Assembly (NCBI GenBank): GCA_030390025.1
Contig: CM059431.1
Span: 138,448,001 to 138,512,000 of the forward strand
Origin: Squalus acanthias
Lineage: Eukaryota
Direction of reading: 5' to 3'
DNA: 64,000 bases
Under the pieces are notes generated by a model. That model did no database searches and was not told the origin of the DNA. It saw only the letters and a program-made list of their open reading frames with translations. A program made the position numbers and the translations under genes. Each line of letters opens with the position of its first letter. Positions within the stretch are counted from its first letter, which is position 1. Shown here one piece after another: positions 10,960 to 20,924 of this stretch.

Positions 10960-11644
10960 TGATAGTGTCGCCTCCTTCCTCGCCCTCCCCAGGAAGGCAC
11001 AGAAAAGAACAGACACAATTTAAAGTGAAACAGTGAACGTTTATTGCACCATTAAAAACTTTTGTTATACTGTTTTGATGTTCTACGTCTTTAAATACAA
11101 ATTGTTAGCTAGCTATTTTCTACATTGTAAACATTTGCAAAGATAAATTGGTTGATAAAAAATGTAAACCGTTTAATGTGACTTTTTGGGTTTCTTAGTG
11201 CAATAAAAACTTTACATTCAAGATGAAATCTAGCTATTTTCAAATTTTTTAAACAGTTGTAATGTTCAATTGACTGTTAATAAAAAAAAGTTGAAAAAAG
11301 AAATAAAGTGACAGGAGGCTTTACATATAAAACGAAATGGTTAAATACACTATGAGTCAGAAATATAAATTTCACGAAATAACACAACGCAAGCATTTAA
11401 AGAACAGCAAACATTAAAACATTGACAGATCTGCCCTTCGCATCTGTGACTGAGGATCGAAGAAGGTGAATTGTGCAAAAGGTGGCACCCTACTGTCTCC
11501 TGCGCTTTCCCCTTCCCCGTGACTGGAGCCCTCTGACCCAAGTGAAAGGCCCCTGTGGACAATCTCTGGCCCTTCAGCAACTGGCTCGTGACAGGGTTAC
11601 TGCTGCTGCTGCTGCTGCTTAAAGACAACATATACATGCAGATT

Positions 11645-12615
11645 AAAGCTACCTCTACACCGTCCCATCAAACACTCCCAGGTCACGTACAGCATGGGTT
11701 ACATACAGTGTAAAGCATATTTAAACTGACGATAAAATACTCACGCGACAGGTCCAGCATTGGTCACATACAGAGGAAATCTCCCTTCATATTATCCCAT
11801 CAAAGACGCCCACGACAGGTCCAGCACGGGGTAGATATTGAGTAAAGCTCCCTTCACACTATCCCATCAAAGATTCCCACAATAGTTCCAGCACGGGGTT
11901 GATATAGAGTGAAGCTCCCTCCACACCATCCCATCCAAGACTCCCACAATAGTTCCAGCAAGGGGTTGATATAGAGTGAAGCTCCCTCCACACCATCCCA
12001 TCAAAGTCTCCAAGGTCAGGAATAGCATGGGTTACATACAGAGTAAAGCTCCCACCACACTATCCCCTCAAATACTCCCACGACAGGTCCAGCACGGGTC
12101 ACATACAGAGTAAATCTCCCACCACATTATCCATCAAAGACTCCCACGACAGGTCCAGCACGGGGTAGATATAGAGTAAAGCTCCCTCCACACTATCCCA
12201 TCAAAGATTCCCAGATCAGGAATACATGGGTTACATACAGAGTAAAGCTCCCTCTATACTATCCCATCAAAGTCTCCTAATTCAGGAATAGCATGGGTTA
12301 CATACAGAGTAAAGCTCCCTCCATACTAACCCATCAAAGACTCCAAGGTGAGGTACAGCACGGGTCGCATACAGAAAGCTCCCTCGACACTGTTCCATTA
12401 AACACTCCCAGGGCAGGTAGGCAGGAGTTGGATACATTGTAAATCTCTGTATTATCGTTTATCAAGCACAGTGAACTCAGATACAGCATGAGGTCAAAGC
12501 AGCGTACAGCTCCTCTTACACTACCCAAGGAACCTCACCATCTCACGTACAGCATGGTATGAATACAGGACAGAAATCCCTTTACATGTGAGTATCACGC
12601 ACTCCCAGGTGAGGT
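11645..12615. repeat. 67-bp minisatellite, ~14 copies (agtaaagctccctccacactatcccatcaaagactccc...)
   Basis: agt(a/g)aagctc recurs at 11841, 11908 and 11975, a 67-nt period. Confidence 0.9.
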
Positions 12616-12975
12616 ATGGGCGAGCTTTACTTACCAGTGAATCCACAGTCAAATTATCGCATCAAATACCGAGACTTCTGCCAAAAATTAAACGGCGCCC
12701 AATAGCTTGATAGAATCTCACCTTGAAAAAATCCTGTACTGATGGGATTCCCAGCCTTTCCAATCATTGATGAAGCTTCCTGGTTTATGCCATCTTGTCC
12801 AATGTGAGTGTTGGTCGCACCAGGTCTGTTCTGTGAAATCAGAGACCTTTCTCTAGTCCCAGTTAGTTCATAAAATCAGCGTCAGTTCTTTATATTATCG
12901 GCCCGCACCACAGAAAATACTCCTGACCCCGCAAAAGTGGCAGGAAATCCCCCTTAGAGAGACCACATTGGCACG

Positions 12976-13528
12976 GGTGTGGGGAATGAAACCATGTTGT
13001 ACTGGGAGTGTCTCTGAGTCTGTTGCTGAGGTCCATGTGCTGCCTTTGGCCGATACTACAATGGGGCTGGTGTGGAGAATGAAACCATGTTGTACTGGGA
13101 GTCTCTCTGAGTCTGTTGCTGAGGCCCATGTGCTGCCTTTGGCCGATACTACAATGGGGCTGGTGTGGGGAATGGAACCATGTTGTACTGGGAGTCTCTC
13201 GGAGTCTGTTGCTGAGGCCCATGTGCTGCCTTTGGCCGATACTACAATGGAGCTGGTGTCGGGAATGAAACCATGTTGTACTGGGAGTCTCTCTGAGTCT
13301 GTTGCTGAGGCCCATGTGCTGCCTTTGCCCGATACTACAATGGGGCTGGTGTGGGTAATGAAACCATGTTGTACTCGGAGTCTCTCTGAGTCTGTTGCTG
13401 AGGCCCATGTGCTGCCTTTGGCCGATACTACAATGAGGCTGGTGTGGGAAATGAAACCATGTTGTACTGGGAGTCTCTCTGAGTCTGTTGCTGAGGCCCA
13501 TGTGCTGCCTTTGGCCGACACTACAATG
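12976..13528. repeat. 93-bp tandem repeat, 6 near-identical copies
   Basis: gaatgaaaccatgttgtact recurs every 93 nt (12984, 13077, ...), giving 31-aa periodic ORFs. Confidence 0.95.
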
Positions 13529-14790
13529 CCGTCCCAGCATAGTGTTAGAGTTTGAAAATGACACCCCGGGTGATGCTGGGTAGATTCAGTTTATTGCAGA
13601 ATGACTGGAACCAAGTGAACTCAGAAAGTCCACCAGTGGATGAAAGCCCTTTGCTCCGGGCTATAAAAGCCAACATTCACTGGCCATGGCGGGAGCGGCT
13701 CGGCTTTGCTCAGAGTGGCCGGAGATCAGTGAATTCAGCGAAGAGGGTCTGAGGACCATTGATGCTGGGGCTGAATTTCCATCAATCGACACTGGACCTC
13801 AAGGTCCCATTCAGCTGTGGACAGACTCCAAGAGCTGTGCCCATGGGTCGGGGATTTCTGGGACTATCCCTTTGTGTCCGGAATGGTCTGTCCGGAATGT
13901 TTCCTCTCTTTAAAGAGCCGGGGAAGAATCCTTCAGTACCTTGCACTCCCTCCATGGTCTGTGGGATCTACAGCCCGATCCTCTGCTGGGATCCAGTGCG
14001 TCATCTCACGGGAGCAGTCACATCCATCAAGGCCTTTCTCACAGTTTCACTCCTGAACCCTCAGCCTCATGGGTTTAACTCTATGAACAGTAAGTTCAGG
14101 AATCTAATCCTTTTTAATCAGTAGTATTTCTCTATTTGAAGTTCCAGCTCCTACTCACTCCCTTAGTTTACCAGGAGTTCACTGATCAGAAGTCCTTTCA
14201 TTTCTTTGCGATGATTGTTATTTTCACCATCCTGTGATCCCCTGGTCTGCAGCAGCGGTCGCGGTTTGTGGTTATAATGCTTTGTGTTTCAGCTGAATAT
14301 TATGTTTGAATTTATATATTTCCAGTAATTGTTTGTAAATTATATTGATTACAGCTGACATCTGATGCCGCTCCCGAGATCCCCCTCGCCAATTAAACCT
14401 ATGAGATTAAATGTAAAATTCCATCGATTGCTCCCTGGGGCCGCTGTAGTAACTCATCAAATTGGCTCGGTGTATCACATGGTCCCAGCCTCATGGCGGG
14501 TTGGTTTCAGCGCTCCACACTGCAATGGAATGTGTGTTTGGATTTATGTAAGGGAATCCGCTTCTTTATTGTCTCTGAATATGAACAAGTTACAGAACCA
14601 TCATAGGTTTCGCTTCAAGTGTCTTTTATCTGTAACTGCACCGTCCCTGCGAGGTACTCCGGTTTGAACTGGATCGCACAGTTAGAGTGTGAATGGAGAC
14701 TCAGTCTAGTGTCAGGGGCGATAGTGATTGAAATGACAATCGGGGGAGATGTATGACGGATGGCTGATCCAGTGTCGCCGGTTTTACATT

Positions 14791-15550
14791 GGGCCAGAAA
14801 TTCAGCTTTCCGGCTTCCTGCGGGTGCAAGCATCGCGCGCGTACTTACCCACCGCGGCTGCCGTTGTGCTTTGGGCCCACGAGGACTTCGGGTCCTGGGC
14901 CTCCTCCAGCTGCCGGCGGGCAGTGCTTGTGTATCCCAGGGGCGCAGTTAGTTCGAAGCGTCCCCTGGGATCACGTGGGCCATGGAGAGCCAATCCTAGC
15001 AGGGCATTTTCATTCATAGATTTGACAGGAAGACCTGTCAAATCTATGAATAGAGATCGGACCCAAAACCACACTTAAACTTCAAATAAATGAAAAAAAT
15101 TACCTTTTTAAAATAACTATAAGTTACATAAATTAACTACTTTAAACAAAAATTTAAATTTTTGAAAAAATTAATTATACTTTTTAACGTTGCTAAAAAT
15201 AAACTTACCTTTCTTTAAAGTATCTAAAAAAGATAAACCTGTTGAAAAAATGTTTAAATTGTAATTACTTAACCACTTACCTTGTTAAAAGCAGGCCTAG
15301 CGCCTCCTTGTTAAAAGTGCAGCTTTTCCATACTTACCCTTCAGGAGAAACCTGAAAAAAAAACCTGAAGTTTGCTGCGTGCGCGCAGCCTCTCCCGCGC
15401 ACGCATTCGACTTCTGAACCCTCCCTTCAGGGGAATGGAAGTTCCGGTTTCCCGCGCATGCGCAGTGCATGCAGGAAACCGGCACTTCAGGTGGCCTTAC
15501 GGTTGAGTACACAACGCGTACTCACCCGACATGGGCCGAATTTCTGGCCC
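14791..15550 (+). mobile_element. Harbinger-type MITE, copy B (760 bp)
   Basis: Perfect 13-bp TIR GGGCCAGAAATTC / GAATTTCTGGCCC with ATT target-site duplication (14788-14790, 15551-15553). Confidence 0.9.
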
Positions 15551-15877
15551 ATTATCTCACAAAGTTAATATCCTTCTACATCAGTGCCTGGGTTTCTGTG
15601 GTGGTGGGGATCGCTCTCCGTGTCCATTCCCGATACTGAATCCGAGCGACCCTCCTCCCCGCGCCACCTTGACAACGTCTGACTGAAGTAAGCTGGAAGG
15701 ATGATCATTCTCAGTCCCTCTATAGTGAGTGTAGAATCCTATAATTCTTTTGAACCAAATGTCGACAACGCTCACCTATATTAAAAATAATAGCAACACT
15801 TCTCAACATTTCACCACAATAAGCTGTGAGATTTATCCGAATTTCCCCGTTAATGACCTCTTGTCTCTTTCTCACAG

Positions 15878-18622
15878 CGAATCTACTGACAATGGTGATT
15901 CTCTCCGGAGGAAACTGTGGCATTTCCAAGTGTATCTCTGTCTACATGGTGGCCATGGCAACAGGAGATCTACTGGTCATGATCCTCAATGTAATAGAGT
16001 ATCATATTTGTACAAATCACTTTCCACATCCTTCCTGTCCTACACTGCCATTTGCAAGATCATTATTTACATCAATTCTACCAGCCTGGATAAGTCGGTG
16101 TGGTTTACAATCTTGTTTACATTTGACCAATTTGTAGCCATATGTTGTCAGAAGTTTAAAACTAATTATTGAAGAGTGAGAACTGCGGTTGTGGCCATAA
16201 CAACGGTCTCTGTCCTGATCTATTTACAAAGCATTCCAGATGTGATTGCCTATAAACCTGAACGAATAATTACCAATATTCATTTGGGTTGTTACCCCGG
16301 ATTGGACTATTTTCCATCGCCTGCAGGTGTCGTGTTCTCCCGGTTACAAGGTATGATTACGATGTGGATTCCTTTTGCTTTATATATTACTGTTTAATTG
16401 TTTGACAGTCAGAGGTATTTTAGTGATCAGTAGAGCCCGCAGGAGACTCCGGGGTCACAGGAGTGTGAATCAGAGCGATCCAGAGATTAGAACCGAAGGC
16501 AATCCATCATACATACATAAATGTAGGCCCTTTACAGTCAGAGATGGCAGAATTTATAACTGCGAATGAGGAAATGGCAGAGAAATTAAATAAATATTTT
16601 GTTTCTGTCTTCACGCAGGAAGACACAAAAAAAACTCCCAGAAATACGAGAAAACCAAGGGTGTGACGAGAATGAGGAAGTTAAAGAAATTATTATTAGT
16701 AAAGAAACAGTACTAGCAAAATTAATGGGACTAAAAGTCGACAAATCCCAAGGACCGGCTTACCGACATCCTAGAGTTTTGAAAGAGGTGGCAATTGGAA
16801 TAGCGGACGCATTGGTTGTCATCTTCCAAAATTCTATGGATTCTGGAACGGTTCCTGCAGATTGGGGGATAGCAAATGTATCCCCGCTATTTAAGAAATG
16901 AGGGAGAGAGAAAACGGGGAACTACAGACCTGTTAGCCTCACATCAGTAGTTGGGAAAATGCTGGAATCTATTATAAAGGATGCAATAACAGGGCACTTA
17001 GAAACTAATAGTAAGATTGGGCAGTGTCAACATGGATTTGTGAAAGGGAAATCATGTTTGACAAACCTATTGGAGTCCTTTGAGGATGTAACTAGTGGAG
17101 TAGACAAAGGGGAACGGTAGATGTGGTGTATCTGGATTTTCAGAAGACCTTCGATAAGGTCCCATACAAGAGGTTGGTGAACAAAATTAGGGCACATGGA
17201 ATTGGAGGTAATATACTAGCATGGATTGAGAATTGGTTAACAGACAGAAAACAAAGAGTAGGGATAAACGGGTCTTTTTCAGGATGGCAGGCTGTGACGT
17301 GTGGGGTACTGCAAGGATCGCTGCTTGGGCACCAGCTATTCACAATCTATATCAATGATTTGGATGGGGGGACTAAATGTAACATTTCCAAATTTGCTGA
17401 TGATACAAAGCTATGTGGCAGTGTCAGTTGCGAAGAGGATGTGAAGAGGCTTCAAGGGGATCTCGACAGGCTCAGTGAGTGGGCGAGAACATGGCAGATG
17501 GAATATAACGTGGATAAATGTGAAGTTATCCACTTTGGTAGAAAAAACAGAAAGGCAGAGTATTTCCTCAATGGTGAAAGATTGGGGAACGCAGATGCTC
17601 AAAGGGACCTGGGTGTCCTTGTACATGAGTCACTGAAAGTGAATGTGCTGGTACAGCAAGCCATTAGGAAGGCAAATGGTATGTTGGCCTTCATTACAAG
17701 AGGATTTGAGTACAGGAGTAAAGAAGTCTTACTCCAATTATATAGGGCTTTGGTGAGACCACACCTGGAGTACTGTGTGCAATTTTGGTCCCCTTACCTG
17801 AGGAAGGATATACTTGCCATAGAGGGAGTGCAATGAAGGATCACGAGCTTGATTGCTGGGATGGCGGGACTGTTGTATGAGAAGCGATTGAGTAAACTAG
17901 GCCTGTATTCTCTTGAATTCAGAAGAATGAGAGGGGATCTCATTGAAGCATACAAAATTATTACAGGGCTTGATTGGATGGATGCTGGGAGAATGTTTCC
18001 CTTAGCTGGGGAGTCTAGAACCCGGGGCCACTGGCTCAGGATAAAGGGTATGCCATTCAGGACTCAGATGAGAAGAAATTTCTTCACACAGAGGGTGGTG
18101 AATTTTTGGAATTCTCTACCCCAGGGGGGTTTGGAGGCTCAGTCATTGGGTAGATTCAAAACAGAAGTCGATAGATTTCTGACTAGTAAGAGCATCAAGG
18201 GATATGGCGATAGGGCCGGTGAATGGAGTTGAGGCAGAAGATTAGCCATGATCTCATTGAATGGCGGAGCAGGCTCGATGGGCCGATTGGCCTACTCCTG
18301 CTCCTATTTCTTATGTTCTTATTTTTCTGTTCATTGTATCGGGCAGTTTTATAGTGTTGTGGCTGACAGTTGTCGTTCGTTATTTCACTACTGGACTGAG
18401 AAACCCCGCGCATTAAGGAGATGGTCATACATCTCCTGCTTAAATCGCCTCTAAAACCCGGTTTATGCTCATATATTTGAGTTCCTGAACAAACACGCGT
18501 ATTTATGCAGATACACAAACTAAATTCAGAGAAGAGCTGAAGTGGTGAAATCTCTTTCGACATTTATTCTGATATTGGTTAAAAAAATCAAACATTAAAT
18601 CAAAGCTTCCTGTCCTAACTAG
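15878..18622 (+). pseudogene. GPR139-like paralog exon 2 pseudogene, split by a CR1 insertion
   Basis: Collinear with 4054-4982 including the acceptor ctttctcacag. 1-nt deletion ~16029, TGA at 16170-16172, further indels ~16382 and ~16488. Interrupted at ~16510 and resumes at ~18321 (atttttctgttcattgtatcgggcagtttt). Confidence 0.92.
16511..18320 (+). mobile_element. 5'-truncated CR1 LINE (ORF2 reverse transcriptase remnant and 3' UTR)
   Basis: YLDFQKTFDKV, QGS, YINDL, KFADDTKL, RPHLEYCVQFWSP, ESRTRGH motifs with in-frame stops; ends in a ttcttatgttctt tail. Confidence 0.95.
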
Positions 18623-19064
18623 AGTAAAATTACAGCCCGTGTTCCATTTTGGAATGGCCGTCTTTCTGTTAGGACGAAAGCCAAATGTTGTTGTGGAATT
18701 GAACAGGTATCAGAAAATACTTCCTTCACTTTGTGCCGTGTGTTTGATGTCTGCTGCTTCCTCAGGGTGAACATAATCGATTACCGTAAAACAGAGCACC
18801 TCCCGCTCAAGATTCCAAGAGATTTCATATAAATGCAAGTTGTTGTTGTAGTCTAATTGATAACAGATTGTTTGCTATGAATAGTCAATAACTCCATTAT
18901 CAACAATAACAAGAATCACAAATGATTCAGGTTAATAAGGCCATAAACAAGCACACCAAGCACGAGTCGTTATTTCTGGAAGAAGAGAGTTGCAAAGCAG
19001 TTAAGTAATGTAAAACTTGTATCGAACCTTGGGTAAACCACACTTAGATAGTTACTAATAAATC

Positions 19065-19328
19065 CAATAGGAAGTTCAGGGGAAACTTATTTTCCCAAAG
19101 AGTGGTGGGAATGAGGAACTCGCTGCCACATGGAATAGTTGAGGTGAATAACAGATGTATTTAAGGGGAAGCTGGATAGGCACATGTGGGAGAAAGGGAT
19201 AGAAGGATATGTTGATGGGGTTAGAGGGAGATGGGTGGAACTAGGCTCGTGTGGAGCATAAACACCAGCATGAACTTGTTGGGCCGAATGGTCTGTTCCC
19301 TTGCAGTAAATACTATGTAATACTCTGA
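19065..19328 (+). mobile_element. CR1 3' end fragment
   Basis: agagtggtgggaatgaggaactcgctgcc...gggccgaatggtctgtt and a (ta)ctatgtaa-type tail. Lies in an insertion absent from the paralogous flank near 5200. Confidence 0.75.
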
Positions 19329-19467
19329 AAGAACGGGCACGATTTAGCTTCAGCAGTGGAGCAGAACATATGGCCGTCAGCATTACCTGCCTTGCACCGC
19401 ATGTACTGAAATGAGACGCTCAGTTTAATTAACAGATAACGTTTCCTTTAGTGTAGAAACAATGTGT

Positions 19468-19692
19468 GCTTCAATGAGATCCCCTCTCATTCTTCTGAAT
19501 TCAAGAGAATGCAGGCCTAGTTTACTCAATCTCTTCTCATATGACAGCCTCGCCATCCCAGGAATCAATCTTGTGAACCTTTGTTGCACTCCCTCTGTGG
19601 CAAGTATATCCTTCCTGAGGTAAGGAGACCAAAATTATACACAGTACTCCAGGAGTGGTCTCACCAAAGCCCTATGTAATTGTAGTAAGACT
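19468..19692 (-). mobile_element. CR1 ORF2 fragment, inverted
   Basis: Reverse complement closely matches ~17725-17949 (ttcaatgagatcccctctcattcttctgaattcaagagaa). Confidence 0.85.
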
Positions 19693-19699
19693 TTGATAG

Positions 19700-20924
19700 G
19701 CATATAAATTGTAAACGGGTAGTAAGAGGAGAGGTGGGGCTGATTAGGGACCCAAAAGGAGAGCTAGGCGTGGAGTCAGGGGGTATGACTGAGCTACTAA
19801 ATGAATACTTTGCATCTCTCTTTACAAAGGAAGAAGATGCTGCCTAATTCATAACGAAAGAAGAGGTAGTTGTGATACTGGTTGGGACAAAAATCGATAA
19901 AGAGGAGGTACTAGAATGGGTGGCTGTATTAAAGGAGGTAAGTAAGCAGGACCGGATGGGATGCATCCCAAGATACTGAGGGAGGAAAAGGTGGAAATTA
20001 CGGATGTACTGGTCATAATCTTCCAATTCATCTTAGATACATGGGTGGTGGCAGAGGACCGGAGAATTGCAAGTTTTACACCCTTGTACAAAAAAGGCTG
20101 TAAGGATAAATCCAGCAATTACAGGCCAGTCACGCTAACCTCGGTAGTGGGGAAGCTTTTAGAAACGATAATAGGGCCAAAATTAACGGGACGAGTGTGG
20201 ATTAATTAAGGAAAGCCAGCACGGATTTGTTTGAGATTTTTGATGAGGTAACAGAGGGGGTTGATGAGGGCCATGTGGTTGATGTGGTGTACATGGACTT
20301 CCAAAATGTGTTTGATAAAGTTCCACATAATAGGCTTGTCAGCAAAGTTGAAGCCCAGGAAATGAAAGGGACAGTGGCATAACGGATAAGAAATTGGCTG
20401 TGACAGGAAACAGAGTAGTGGTAAATGGTTATTTTTCAGACTGGAGGAAGGTAGATAGTGCTCTTCCCCAGGGGTCGGTACCAGGACCACAGCTTTTCTT
20501 GATATATATTAATGAATTGGACTTGGGTGTACAGGGCACAATTTCAAAATTTGAAGATGGCACAATACCTGAAGTATAGTGAACAGTGAGGAGGATAGTG
20601 ATAGACTTCAAAAGGACATAGACAGGCTGGTGGAATGGGCGGACGTATGACAGATGACATTTAATGCAGAAAAGAGCGAAGTGATACATTTTTGTAGGAA
20701 GGACGAGGAGAGGCAATACAATCTAAAGGGTGAATTCTAAAGGGGATGCATGAACAGCGAGACCTGGGGGTATATGTGCACAAATCGTTGCATGTGGCAG
20801 GGCAGGTAGAGAAAGCAGTTAAAAAAACATACAGGATCCTGGGTTTCATAAATAGAGCCATAGAGTGCAAAAGAAAGACAGTTATGATGAACCTTTATAA
20901 AACACTGTTCCGACCTCAACTGAG
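19700..20924 (+). mobile_element. CR1 LINE X, 5' part (RT remnant)
   Basis: HPKILRE, NYRPVTLTSVVGKLLE, PQGSVPGP, YINEL, YKTLFRPQL. Breaks off where element Y begins. Confidence 0.85.

Larger units (their letters stand above)
9001..11640 (+). mobile_element. Truncated, decayed autonomous-type PIF/Harbinger DNA transposon
   Basis: Starts with TIR-like GGGCCGTATTTTGC and a GC-rich subterminal region, then a transposase remnant, an AT-rich spacer with poly(A) signals on both strands, and a convergent exon remnant. Right end not found. Confidence 0.7.

Noticed and set aside
12890..12905. attatcggccc as the right TIR of the Harbinger element starting at 9001
   Set aside because: Only 6 bp match and there is no matching 3-bp target duplication.
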